A stretch of DNA of 64,000 bases from Fistulifera solaris (Eukaryota). The notes under the pieces were generated by a model. The model searched no databases and had not been told where the DNA came from. It saw nothing but the letters and a program-made list of their open reading frames with translations. The position numbers and the translations under genes were made by a program. Below, piece after piece: positions 50,197 through 63,000 of this stretch (positions are counted from its first letter, which is position 1; each line of letters begins with the position of its first letter). The stretch lies in contig AP026135.1 of assembly GCA_030295235.1 (NCBI GenBank), positions 186,001 through 250,000 on the forward strand, written 5' to 3'.

Positions 50197-51461
50197 ATTC
50201 TTATGTATTTTGAAAGTGCCTGGCGCAACCGAATAACGATGTTTCCCGTCAATTTGGCCTCGCTACTCAAGCCTTCAAGACCACTCCAGCATCGACCGGG
50301 ACTATATCAATCTTGCAATTCTTGGCGTGGACAAACTCGTCGAACTGACTCTCGAGCAAGGCCGCCGTGTACTCGGCTTCCCACGCGTGCAAGGCAGTCT
50401 CCTTCGTGAACAACATCTTGCCTTCCTCGTGACACTGGCTGCATCCGAACTGACCAGCGTATCCTCCGACAAACGAAGTCAGCATGCTGTCATCATCATT
50501 AGGGCACAAACGACATCCGTAATTCCAGGTTCCGTTCCACTTGAGCGCCGCTTTCTGGTTCGTATGGGCACTCTCAAAGTAGACACCCGCCAAGAAGTTG
50601 TCACCCAGCATCTCATGGACCTTGTTGTAGGAATCCTCCAAGGCACGCGCCGAAAAGCCCGACGCTTTCGCACCCAGTCCGGCAAAGTCCGTGTTGTCGC
50701 ACTTGACACCAATCTCCACATTCACGACTGTCTCTTCCGGATCGTGCAACGAGATCTGACACGCGGTAGCTTTCTTCAACTCGGCGTGATTCGTGGCACG
50801 AAGCATCGTCGTCAACGCGTTCTCCCAGGCACGGACACCGGCCATGGACGTGGGAGCACAGTTGGTGCAATCCAGATCGGCGACAAACGCAGCAAACGGA
50901 GCCGATAAGGTCGAATCATCATCGTTGGGGCACAAACGGCAACCGTAGTTCCAAGTTCCGTTCCACTTGAGAGATTCTTTCGTGGCATGCGACTGATCGA
51001 ACTGAACATCCGCGAGGAACGAATCACCCTTGTCATGCAACTTGTACGACGTTTGGAAGGAATCTTGCAAGGCCTGTGCGACCAACTGCTGGGCAGGTGC
51101 ACTGAGTTGATGCAAGTGGACGTTACCGCACTGAAGACCAATGGCAATGGGAGCGGTAGTCGGTTCCACCGTGGAAGAAAGAAGGGACATCAAAGCAGCA
51201 GAGAGTTGCATGATCAAAGATAGAAAAGCGAGACTGGTAAAGCGACTGGATAGATACAGAAAGCAAGGGAAGGGCCGATCGAAAGTTGGACCGAAACGAA
51301 ATTGTGAGCACATGAACTTTGTTTCATTCCTCTTCATTTTAGACATCGCAAATCGGTTGGGCCTCTACTAATCGTATTCTTTTCCAGCACTAGATACTCA
51401 TCTCCTGTTGAAAGCTACGCCTGCATGTCTAAATTGAATCACAAATGGTGGGAGTTGTTGT
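50197..51461. repeat. Right arm of the 1265-bp inverted duplication
   Basis: Reverse complement of 46591-47855. Confidence 0.95.
50267..51211 (-). CDS. Two-repeat Cys/Asp-motif protein; copy 2, identical to 46841-47785
   Basis: Identical translation in the ORF track. Confidence 0.85.
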   Translation of the reverse strand: MQLSAALMSLLSSTVEPTTAPIAIGLQCGNVHLHQLSAPAQQLVAQALQDSFQTSYKLHDKGDSFLADVQFDQSHATKESLKWNGTWNYGCRLCPNDDDSTLSAPFAAFVADLDCTNCAPTSMAGVRAWENALTTMLRATNHAELKKATACQISLHDPEETVVNVEIGVKCDNTDFAGLGAKASGFSARALEDSYNKVHEMLGDNFLAGVYFESAHTNQKAALKWNGTWNYGCRLCPNDDDSMLTSFVGGYAGQFGCSQCHEEGKMLFTKETALHAWEAEYTAALLESQFDEFVHAKNCKIDIVPVDAGVVLKA

Positions 51462-52317
51462 CGCCTTGAAGGGAGGACACGTCGTCCAACTTGAAGTGTC
51501 TTGTGTACAGAGTCAATAGATGTCCCGTAAGAATTGTCGATTGTCATTCATGCATGTTTTCGTACGATTTCATTTTATGAATGAATGCACCCAGTTCAAC
51601 TTTCGCCTCATTTATTTGTCTAACGTTGTCCTATACGCAGGACATATCCGTTGCAGCGCTTCAAAATTCTCAATGATTGTACGATCTCGTGGGAGTCCTC
51701 CAACCAGCCCGACAAAGTGCACCGGTAACAATCATCACCATTTCAATGTGTGATTTCCTTTGCAATTCATTATTATTTCGTCTCGAAAGTAAAACTTAGG
51801 ATTAAAAAGCGATACCGGCTTTATTGCCAACATCTCCTCCGAATAAAACTATATGGCGTCTCTCCCGGAACCGGTGTGTCTCCGACACCCCAATAATATC
51901 CCTCGAAAACCTTATGTAGCCCAATCCTTTCCATGCCGCGCATTTCCTCTTGTCGATAAAAGAGATCATTAACGAATGACACAATATATAATAAAATGAT
52001 AATGAAGCATTGTTATTCTCCGCCGCCATGGTCTTCGGGTCGTCTCCATCGTGTCCATCGGGATCGCGGCGAACTAACTAAATGCTGAGAGAACATGAAC
52101 CTTATCGTAAAAGCGTTGTTTTATTTGCGTAGCGAAGCAGATTTTGGTATTGACAACAATTAAAAACAACAAACCTATGCTGACTTATTGTGTTTGTTTT
52201 GTATTATCACGCAATTTACCAAAGAATCTACTGAATAAGAACAGGACTAAGCAGCTACAGAAACGGTGGCGATTTTTCGGAGAATTACCAAACGCAACAA
52301 TAACTTCACAGCCAAAT

Positions 52318-52614
52318 ATGTCGCTTCTTCTGCAAACAACCTTTCGTAACACCTTGCTGACCGCACGATGGATGCCCTCTATGAGTCAAGTGATGATCCC
52401 TACTAACACGTCGAAATTGATGGCGGCATTACCTCCGTGGCGCAATGTGTTGCTGGATGTCGCCATTTGGTTCGGAAAACGCACCTTTCAACCTTCGATT
52501 GTGCGCAAAAAGCGTCAAACGGGTTTCTTGGTGCGTCAAAGAACGGTCGGGGGACGTCGGGTCTTACAACGTCGACAAGCCAAGGGTCGTATGCGGTTGG
52601 GAGGAGGTATTTGA
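52318..52614 (+). CDS. MRPL34: Mitochondrial ribosomal protein bL34m
   Basis: [38 protein letters not shown] is the L34 signature, preceded by a presequence. Confidence 0.9.
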   Translation: MSLLLQTTFRNTLLTARWMPSMSQVMIPTNTSKLMAALPPWRNVLLDVAIWFGKRTFQPSIVRKKRQTGFLVRQRTVGGRRVLQRRQAKGRMRLGGGI

Positions 52615-52784
52615 GTGAATAAATAAATAACAGAAAAAGTAATTATGTTTGAATTCAACAATTATAATCTTGAGTTGGTTTCTTAAAGCTTACTGACGCG
52701 CTTTCGATCGAATAGTATCCCGTACTTGGTAGCTACTCAGTAATAAGCTGTAACATTCCAGAAAAAAACTCCTCCCGAATGTCA

Positions 52785-55700
52785 TTACTGCAATGCGCGT
52801 TTGATGATATTCATAATGTTGCTCACTACCAGCGCATGATCACAACACACCGTCACTTTGCTCGTCGTTATCAAGATATAGACCGGATCACCAGATGCGG
52901 GCAGTGAGCCAACGAAGCGTAACACTCCGTTCGATGGCCAGTCCGATCCGGGGCCTACCACCGTGAGACTGGCCGCTCCTAAAATGCGATCCTTAATTGG
53001 CACGCTAGCATCCAGTTGCACCGACAGTTCCACGCGTTGAAAGCCTTGTAATCGCGCCATGGCGGTGTCAAATTCCGACAAAGATCGCTGACAAGGCAGT
53101 AATAAGTCTCCAATCGAAGGCTTGATTTCCACGGGGATTCCTCCACTTCCGTACTTGATGTCCACTTTGGCTTGCATCGATCCATCCCGGTCGGACGTTT
53201 CCATGAAGTCAATGCCCAAGATTCCTATGGCTTGTTTTCCGGCTTCGAGAAGATTAATTTCGGGTGGAGGAACAAACAGGCGTGGGCGGATTATGGAACT
53301 TCCGCCGGGCTGGCTCCGTTGCAACAAACGTATCCGACGAAAGACGCCTTGATTTCGGTTCTCGAATCGCAGTTGCAAGCAAACAACCGACGGTTTGTCG
53401 ACGGTCAAGCCTAACTTTTGCACCTGTTGAGATTTGGTGAATCCTCGCAGATAACGACCTTGTACAGAAAGTCCACCGGCATGTTCGGGACGAACCAGTT
53501 GAATCCAGGCACCCGAATCGCGTTCCCAATTTTGGTCCGTGGGACCCGCGACAGGTGGCGAAAGAACGAGTCCTTTCAAGTCATCGGCGACAGACGGTAG
53601 TGATACATTCGCAACACCAAAGTAGTTGTTGTTGGGAGACACTTCAGTAATATGCATCGGAATAAGAGCGTCAGCATGCGGTTGTCCGCCTGTGTTCATT
53701 GAGATGAGATCAAATTGATCATGTAGTCGGCCTTGTTCTCCGTTGGAACTACTTTCGGAAGACGAGGATGACGAATCATCTGACGAAGAAGATGAGTCGT
53801 CGGAAGCGTCACCTCCATTCAATGAAAGTAACTTTAACTTCTCTTGTTGTGTGTTATTTTGAACCGACGGTTGCGTGATTTTTCCAGAGGACATCGGTAG
53901 AAGCACTCTACTACTACTTTGCTGCGAACTGTCATCAGACGACGACGAGGAAGAGGACGACGAATCATCATCGCTTGAAGACGAAGAAGAGCTACTATCA
54001 TCGCTGTCCGAATCATCCCCGTCGTTGTAAAATTGAGAATTCGGTGCGCCAAATTTTTCGTTTGGCAAGGAGGTTGTCGACTTTTTATCATTAGGGTCTC
54101 GTTCTCGCAATGAAGAGGGACTATTCTCTGCAGCCCACGGTGGAAGTTCGACATATGCATTGCGAGCTTTGTGTCCAACCATGCTGCTGAGCGTGCCAAA
54201 GCGAAAAGCACCTGACTCACTTGTGGTCATATCGCCCTCCACGGGCAGAAACGACACCGGTGGTCGGGCATGGGTAAACATTTTTAGCATTTGCTCCTTT
54301 TCCAGTTTGCGGTGAATTAATGGCAAGCCCTCTATCCCATCTAAATCGTGCTTTAAACTTCCACCCGCATGAATCATGCCGCTGAACATACGAGCCTGGT
54401 CTCGTACGTCCGGATTAACATCTAGTCGTCCCAAAGACAAAATCTGCTCGCAAATTTTTTTCTTCTTCCGTAATTCCGTCACTCTCTGTCAATAGCAGTC
54501 TAGTGGCAAAGTGAATAGATTGTTCCTTCTCACAGTCATGCAATAGAGGAAACGCTTTAGCGACTAGCCGAAGAAGTTCATGTCGAAGTTCAGCTCGTTC
54601 CTCTATCGAGTATTTGCCAAATATGGGAGAAAATGAAACGGATTGTTGGTTCGATAGCAAACATTCTCCAATGACCCAGAGGGCAGAAGCCACCGCTGGA
54701 GCTGGGAGGCTCACACCAACACTTTGCAGTTTGCTCGCATCGGCATCTTCGTCCTCGTCTTCACTTCCAGCGTCAATCGCCGGTTCGTCCCTCTTCTTAG
54801 AAAGCGTGTAAACTAAAAGTAACAGGATACGATGCACGGCTCGATCCTGCACATAATTCGGGTCCTTGACCGGCTGGACATGACTATCCGATCGCATTAG
54901 CTGTAAGATACATTGCATGACAATAATGCTCTCTCCCACCAGTGCCGGTCGATGATCGACGGTTTGTGACAAAGTCAAAAGACCGTGCAAACAATTCAAT
55001 GCAATGGTATTGGCTTCATCGCGACCCATCGCGTCTCGACGGTCGTGCACAATGCGGGCCATTTCGGCGATCTTTCCCACGGCTTGTATGGCTGCACAGG
55101 CGAAACGACGATCACCATGGCGTACATAAGAACCCAATTCCTTCAAAACGAGTTGTATAGCGGAAGGTTCCAGTGCCAGGCTCGAAAGAATATCCAATTT
55201 AATCAGACGTGTGAACGGTGGATCCATGGCCTTGACCAAAAAATCATGTAAGAAGGGTGCAAAGGCAGAAGGACATTCCTTGGCCAAGGTCCGGATCGAA
55301 GTTAAGACGACATATTGAATTTCTCGTCGATCGCGATGAATGCGCACCAGTGCCTTACCCATGGCGGCGCGGACTTTGATACTGGACACACCACAATAAT
55401 ACTGCAAGGAACAAACTGCCAAAACGACACCCGCATTGCGACTTTTCAATAATGGCAATGCCGATTGTAACAATAAGCGATGATCGGGCGCCAGTTCCGA
55501 GTCTTCATGATCTTCTAATACGGTCGGAGACGCGGTGGCAGTGACAGCGGACACTGGATTTTCACGAAAGGCTTTCGAAATGGGCAAGGCCGGACCATTG
55601 GTATCTTGGGCGTAGACTTCTTCTTCGGTACTTTCATCTTCTTCATCCGAATAAAATCCCTTCTTGACGACCCGACGCTTGATTTTATGGGGAACACGAG

Positions 55701-56653
55701 GTGGCAATGACACTCCGGCCGCGGCACTGGTTTCTGCAAGACTCGGGGTCGGTACCGGAATTGCCGCGGCTGTATGTTGTTCCGTACCAGTATTATTCTT
55801 TTCTGTTATTAAAGTCCTCCGCACTCGCCGTTGTCGATCAATCCGTTCTGCTGTTCCTTCTTTCCACGCGACGGGTTGTTTGAAAAATTGTCGACAATAC
55901 CGTGCCAATAAATCTATAGTAACGACTTGTCCCCATTCATCAAAAATCCGTCAAAAGGTGACAAATTTTATGAAAACACTTGTGCAGTAGATGCAACTGA
56001 TCCGGACACAATTCTGAGAAGGCGATTAATGCCGAAGTCAAGACCATGGTATTGGAATCGTCTTCGAGCAACTGTTGCATCAATTCCAACAAGAGACTGA
56101 ACTGCAATTCATCGCACCGGGGTGCCAATTTGCTCAAGGCATTGGCGGCACATTTCCGAACGTACGGCGATCGATCGGCGGCACATTTTTGGACGCCCAA
56201 AATTTGAATTTGCAAAATATCGGGAATTCGGATGGATGTGAGGACCCTGAGGGCCAACGCCCGGATCCACTGTTCCGCATCCGCGAGTCCACGTTGAAAG
56301 GAATTGATCGATAGTAACGAAAGTTCCCGTGTCGTGGTATCGTAATCGGCGTATTGCACTAAATACATGTAGACCATTTTCCGGACTTCCAAGTTGACGA
56401 CTCCAACACATTTGACGACATGTGGATAAAAGTCACTGACATTGCGGCCTTTACTGATACTCGCTAATAACCATTTCATGGCCCTTAGATAGGTGGATGT
56501 ATGATGCGGATTGGAGGGATCGGCTTCTAACAAAGATTGTTGAATGGTCGCTGGTGATATTGATTCTTCCCAATATTGGGCATCGCCCATCGTCGACAAG
56601 GCTGACGCCAGTTGTTGATGCAGGACCGTGGCGGGATCGGCAGCATTCCACAT
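52785..56653 (-). CDS. AP3B: AP-3 adaptor complex subunit beta; frameshifts near 55940 and 54470
   Basis: SKGRNVSDFY, LEVRKMVYMYL, LLSINSFQR, DRSPYVRKCAA, GFYSD, DHRLLL..LLKSRNAGVVLAV, DVRDQAR, GTLSSMV..YVELPPW and a Ser/Asp hinge. Confidence 0.92.
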
Positions 56654-57093
56654 TGTCAAGAGAAAGATTTATTCGTACAAGGAGATGGTTGGGAATGTGC
56701 AAATAATGATAGAATAACAACGACACCTAGTGCATTGTATAGCAACTGCACAAATCAGCGGCCGTTGTGCGGTGTTTTGAAAACCCCTCAAGTCTTCAAA
56801 AATGCTCGCTGTGTGTATAAGGTTACCAGGTTGGTACGGTAGGGGGACAGACGCGGCGAAGTTGAGTAACGCAAAATGCAATGTGCAATGTAGATGTACA
56901 CAAGGACCTATAATATGGATGTACAGGTACGGTACCGGCGTACAAAGTACAGACGACAATGACGGCATTCGGCGACATAGTTGTTTTCTCGTCTTCATAC
57001 TGGTATTTTTTTTCATTCATTTTACTTCGCGTTGTCATTCATTACTACTTGTTTGTTTCTTTTCTTCGTACCTGGTATTATATTCCTTCCAAC

Positions 57094-57783
57094 ATGGCCG
57101 AATTATTTCCGCAAGCAGCAGCAGCAGCAACAACAACAACAACAAATAACGAACCTACCGACGACGGCAAAGTGGTGAATTTGAATGCCAAAATTTGTAT
57201 GGCCGAATGTTACGCCCGCAATGAATCCAAGAGTTTTCCCATGTCCAATTTGTTCATCGGAGACAGTCGTTTGGGATGTAAAAGTGACGCCGATGAACAA
57301 CTCATTCTGCATATTGCCTTTGATGAATTTGTTAAAGTGAAAGAAATCAAATTGACCGAATTCAATCAAGGGTTGGAACCCGAAAACAATCCTTCCAAAA
57401 TTCATATCTTTGTCAATCGCGATAATCTAGGATTTGGTACGTGAAACAAAAAGCAACGAAACAAGTAGAGAAGATTTTTATTCTTTTTCTCGCTCAACAC
57501 CCTTGTTTTTTTTTTTGTTTTTTTTTGATTTGTTTTCTTTCTCCAGAGGACTGTGATGATGTCGATCCGACGCAAACGTTGCATTTGACGACGGAACAAT
57601 TGAAAGAACACGCGGCACCGATTCCCCCTCCAATTTGTCAAATATCAACGGGTCAAAAGTATGACACTCTTTATTGAAGACAATCAGGGTGGGGATGTTA
57701 CCGCTTTGGGTGGCTTGAAATTTTACGGAAGACCCGTGGTATCGACCAACATGTCGGAATTCAAAAAGAATCCTCAAGAATAA
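57094..57783 (+). CDS. PITH domain protein; intron 57437-57546; frameshift near 57630
   Basis: SDADEQLILHIAF..VKV..I, P..IHIFVN..NLGF|EDC..P.Q.L and VKYQRV.S.TLFIEDNQG. Confidence 0.88.
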
Positions 57784-57875
57784 TAAGGAAAGAATAAATA
57801 CAACATGAACAAAAACGAAGGGGGACTTTCTAGAAAATCAGTTATGATGCTTAAAACGGCGGTATGATTCAATAT

Positions 57876-59351
57876 TTATCTGTTTGCCACGACAAAAGCT
57901 GCCGCGACGGGTAAATGATCGGATGGTTCGTGTTCGTTCGGGCAAGCAACCTCGGATCGGAAATGCATCACCGCCGTCGGCTGAATCGCCGAGGAACCAT
58001 AAATGCGATCGTAACGACTTTGAAAGACACCGGCATCCGGCAGTGGTTCTCCGAGGACCGCCAAGTCGTAGGCAATACCCCAAAATTTACCTCCTTTCAA
58101 TTCATTCTCGTATACATGTCGAAACCCTTCCAATGTTAGATATCCGTTCACTGGAAGAGTGATTCGTGTCGGACCCTCGGAAGCTTCATCCTTCCCTTCA
58201 GCACTTTCGGTCCACCCCATTTGTCGCGCGGCTTCACGAAACTCGCTCCCTCGACCAACTTGCCCGTTAATTGCAATCAACCACCGTTCGACGTCCTGTA
58301 CATTCATCACGCGTTCGTCCGCTTCGACTCTGTGATGTGTCGCATATCGATCAAAAATACGTTCCAATCGCTGCAACACATCTTCGGTGAATTGGGGTTG
58401 TTCGTACGCGGATCCATGTTCCACCAACAAAGAAATGAGTTCGGATACCACCAATGTCGGTGGTGCGTTTTCCATTTCGTAAAACACATCCCGGAGGGGT
58501 GGCTGAAACGGCAATCCTTTGCGGGAGGAAACCACCGGAGCCCCATCTTCGATAAACGATTCATCTACGAAACCATCCTCTAAGAAACGAATGGCGGCAC
58601 ATTCTTGTCCCCCATTAAAATCACCGCACACAATCACTTTCGCATTCTTCTCGGCCTCAACTTCTATCCAAACCGGAAAGCCCAAGATTCATAAGCACAT
58701 TCCGTCAACCGAGATCACAGAAAAGTCGATCGACAAATCCCTCACCTTGTAATTTCTTGGCCAGCGTGATCACAGCTTTGGTACCTTCATGTATTTGTCG
58801 GACCCGTCGTCGAGCTTCCGCCCCCGCTTGCAAATGACAGTTCAACACATACCACATTATTTGTTCGTCGTCGCGTCGGAAGGCCGTCAAAAGGGTACGA
58901 TCTTTGTGGATGGCCGGTGCGACCAATTCACACCGTTTCCAAAATGTCGCCGGTCGGAATCGTCCCCGTTTGAAGATTTCTTTTCCCGTATAACCCAATT
59001 CTTCGGTCATGAAAGCAAAATCGTCGTCAAACGACAGTGGTGATACTTCTTGCAAGCACACCACATCGGCGTCTGAAGAAAAAAAAGATACTTTTGAGAG
59101 ACACGCTGGAACGTAGCTCTGTTATTGAGTCCGACGTACCCACCGCCGCAATCCGTTCTTTTTAGTAGTTGCTGTCGATACTCCCAATTGCAGAATGTAT
59201 TATTGTCCGATGGAGGATGGTACATTTTGTAATTCCACCATCCATCGACACTGTTGGGAAGTAACACATTGTAGGTCAAGACCGATAAAGAGGGTAGTTC
59301 CAGCGAAGTTGGCAGCAAAGCCGGACCCACCAGATGTTGTACGATAGTCAT
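57876..59351 (-). CDS. Endonuclease/exonuclease/phosphatase (CCR4/nocturin/angel-like) protein; introns about 59073-59139 and 58664-58745
   Basis: LTYNVL, DVVCLQEV, NCHLQAG, IVCGDFN, YDRIY and PSDHLPV are EEP catalytic motifs. Confidence 0.88.
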
Positions 59352-59811
59352 ATGGTTGTGATATTTTACGTAGTATGAGACAATAGAAGAAGATAGACAA
59401 CAATAATGAATAAGTTGATGAGGAGTTGTTTGTTGTTGTAGGGGCATCTCGGTTTGCGCTAGGACGATTGGAATCCCGGTACGATCTTCTGATGTTCCTT
59501 GCCTTGCCTCCGGGTCTCTTCAACATCAACAAAGAACAAACGCGTCATTTGTGGTGCGACACTTTATAAAGTACAATGAGTACCGTCAAAGAAGATACCG
59601 AACGGCGAAAGATGCCCGCCGTGTCACGGAAATGCGGATAGCGGGCAGACTACTAGGGACTCAGCCAATATGGCCGCACGACCTAATGCGAATTCCGATC
59701 CCCAAATCGGAAGCATCCGAATGTAACCTCTTGGGCGAGGCCCAAGGGTCTTTGCACGATTTGGGTTGATCGTGAAGGCGTGAAAGGTTTGCAAGCAACG
59801 CGATACAAGAA

Positions 59812-60040
59812 TGTTAGAGCCACATACGTGAGCTCAGAATTTCAAGATAAAACAAGACCTAGTCCGATGGCAGTGACATTCTCGGCGGAACCATCACCCA
59901 GTGAGATTCCACCTTGTTCATTTGTCGGATTTGTAAAGGCTTCATAATATTGTTGTTTGGAAAACTTTGACTGTTTATCGTCTTAGCTCTACCAGATACT
60001 TCCTCTTCTGTTGTTGCTAAACGTAGCGACTTGGTTGACA
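59812..60040 (+). repeat. Putative 5' LTR (boundaries approximate; could extend to about 60072)
   Basis: TGTTAG...TTGACA (TG..CA) upstream of the PBS and gag. The second LTR is not in the window, so this is unconfirmed. Confidence 0.45.
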
Positions 60041-60072
60041 GAATTTCTGTTTCTGTCCGTCGATACGTGAGA

Positions 60073-60086
60073 GGTTACGAGCCCAG
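60073..60086 (+). promoter_or_regulatory. Putative primer-binding site (initiator tRNA-Met half-molecule type)
   Basis: GGTTACGAGCCCAG resembles the Drosophila copia PBS GGTTATGGGCCCAG and lies about 100 bp upstream of gag. Confidence 0.65.
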
Positions 60087-63000
60087 ATTCACACTATCTG
60101 GTACAGTCTTTGCAGTTGTTTGATACACGTGCCCTACTTACTCCTCTTTTGTCGCCTTTCGTTATTCGCGATATGTCTTCCGATAGCGAAACTGATGACA
60201 GGAAACCTCCTCCGGTGACCGCCGGTACTCGCCTCGCAGTTTCACCAAGCGCAAAAGTCGAAAAGGATGTTCAGGCCACTTTTCCGAGCCCGTTCTCGCG
60301 CCAAAGTTCGGCCTTGTTCAAGGTTCTATCCCAGCTATTGGTGGTCCTCCGGATGCAAACTTTACTCGCAGTGTTAACCTTGTGCCTGCGACGCCCTACT
60401 GCTTCCGAGATCCGAATCCTTATCAGCGCTGAGAAAAGTTTTAAGGATCGCATCGCCGGTCTCGACCCCAAGTTCAGTCCTACTGCGAATGACTACCGCC
60501 TTGTTGAGCTCGCTGGATGAAGCGCTCAACCATTGTATTACGCATGGTCTCGAGCACGCCGTTCTACATGAATGATCCTGCTGATCTCAGTCGTGTCATC
60601 GATCTCTTCGTGTACCATGGCAAGTTCACTTTCGACGGTCGCCAAGCATCTCGAAGACATGATCAAGTCCGGTGTCTTTGATCAGTACATGATCAACTCG
60701 CTAAGCGATTCGGCTGCTTTTCTGCTCAACTCGTTGGAGCTCCTTCCAGCGCATTCGTACTTCCTTGAGTTCCGGCCATGCGCGCTTTGGCCCTTTGGTT
60801 TGGATGAAAATCACCGAAGAAGTTCTTCCCAACGATTTCGGCCGTTGTCTCAGAGCTCGGAGAAGAGTTCACCAAGCGCACGTTGGTTGAAACTCCCGGT
60901 GAGAATGTTGCTGCTTGGGGCGAATGCGCAGATGGAGACTTTGCAGGAGTTGGAAGCTAATGACCAGCTCCCTCGCGACCACTTGATTATTTTGCAGCAG
61001 CAGCTGTGCAAATGTTCGGTCGGCTGCCCGTGTTCACTGGCACACGGTTAGCATCTCTCTCCGACTTTGTGCCGTCTCTCTGCCGGAAAGTCGAAGGAAG
61101 TTGCTGAAAGGATGAGCGGTTATACAAACTATCGCCGCATTCTCCATGAAGCTAAAGATTTCTACAGCACCCTTAAGGACGATTGGGGACCGGCTAAAGG
61201 AGTTGCTACTGATGTTAGTGCTAATACTGCGGCTATCAAGAGTCTCAAAGCCGAAGTTCAAGACCCTCAAGTCGAAATTCGAGTCGAACGGCACTAAAAC
61301 TGCCTCCCTCGAAGACCAAGGACAAGAAGGCGAACAAAGACAAGGCTGCTCCGAAGGCTGGCGGTGGTGATGGCGACAAGAAAAGCGGTGGTTCGACCGA
61401 AACTCGTTGGACTCGCATCGCCGAAGGACGGGCGAGCCCACCACCATGACCAAGTACGGCAAGACTTTCTATTATTGGCGCCCAAGTGCAAGCGTTGGAA
61501 CCAGACTCATGGAACCGACGAGCACAAGAGCAAAGAAGAGAAGCCCGCTGATGTTAAGCCCGCCCTCCTGCCGCTAATGTTGCTCAAGCTTGGACGGCAC
61601 CCTTGCAGTTCTGTTGGGGTTCCGACAGCGATTCGAATAGGAAATCGGCAGGGAAGGTGAACCTTCGATCGAGGTCCCTTCCTGAGCCTTTTGTCCATAT
61701 TTATCGGTCGTTTATTGTTGGAGCTTTTGCCGAAGCATTTTATTCTTTGCTGGTTGATTGTGGAGTGCTTTTCTTGGTGGCGTCATTTCCGTGTTGCTGC
61801 GACCATCTCGAAGTGGTTGCGTGCCCAAAGTGCCGCCCTCATCGTCGCTCTCTTGGTCTTCGGCCGCGATTCACGCCTTTGCCCGAGCGTCTCATCTCTC
61901 TCCCGTGTCGTTTCATGGTGCTTTCTTCGATCATGACGAGCATGTGGCGAGTGACGCTTACGCCGGCGCCCCCCGGTGTTGTTTATGGAGTCAACTTGGT
62001 GCCCGCCCTGGCATGGCTGCTACCAGTTTCATCCAAGTGATCGCAGCCGACGTTTGCCGACCTCCTGATCCTTCTTCATCTTCAAACGATTCGTCTTGTC
62101 AGCATGGTGAGGATGGTGTTTTTCGGCGTCGCAAGCAAAATCGTTTTGTCGGAAACTGCGAGAGGAGCAAACGCCGTCGAAGACTTCAAGCGATTCCTCG
62201 TTGGGCCTTGGAGCTTCCGGATATGATTGACAGCAATGGCCATTTGTGTACCGAGTCTTTAGATTTATCGTGTCCGCCGAACGGGCATCCTAAGCCTTGG
62301 AACCTACTGGACGACTCTCTTCTGTTTTGCTATCCCACTGGGCATTTCTTTCCAGAGGGAGCTGCTAGTGAAAGTGAGACGATGTTGCTTCGAGAGGGAG
62401 ATAATAGTGTAGACAACTCTAAAGCCTACTTTGCACCGTACGCGAAGCTGCCCCCGTCTATTTATGCCCTCCCTGCTTTGCATCAAGTGCATGTCGCTGG
62501 AAAGCCTACCATGGCGGATCTGTTTCCGGTTATTTGGGATACTGGAGCCACAGTTGCTGTTACTTTCGACCGTGCTGACTTCACGTCCTACACTCCGACT
62601 ACTGGCGATAAAGTTTTGTCTGGCTTTGCTGCAGGTTCTTCGATTGCCGGCACGGGCACTCTTGAGTGGACTGTTACTCTGTCCAACGGCAAGGGCTTTA
62701 CTTTTCGGATCCCTGGGCTACATGTGCCCGATGCCAATGTCCGACTCTTCAGCCCACAGTCCTACTGTCAATTGGTGAAGGCGCAACGTAACGACGAACC
62801 GCGTTTTTCAGGCGACTCGAGCCTCATTCATGTCGATCTGTTGGACGGCCACTTTCTTGATATTGTTTACTCTCCGGAAAACAACTTGCCTACTCTGGAG
62901 ATGTTCCGAAAACAATCTGTTGCTCTCAATGCTGCAAAGATTCAAACTGTGTGACCGCGGCTGAGAATCAAAACTTGAGTGAAGCACAGAAATTTCTTCT

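Noticed and set aside
46591..51461. DNA transposon (foldback or Pack-MULE) with long TIRs capturing the auxilin gene
   Set aside because: No target-site duplication or transposase is evident, each arm is a whole gene, and homology continues in degraded form beyond the identical arms.
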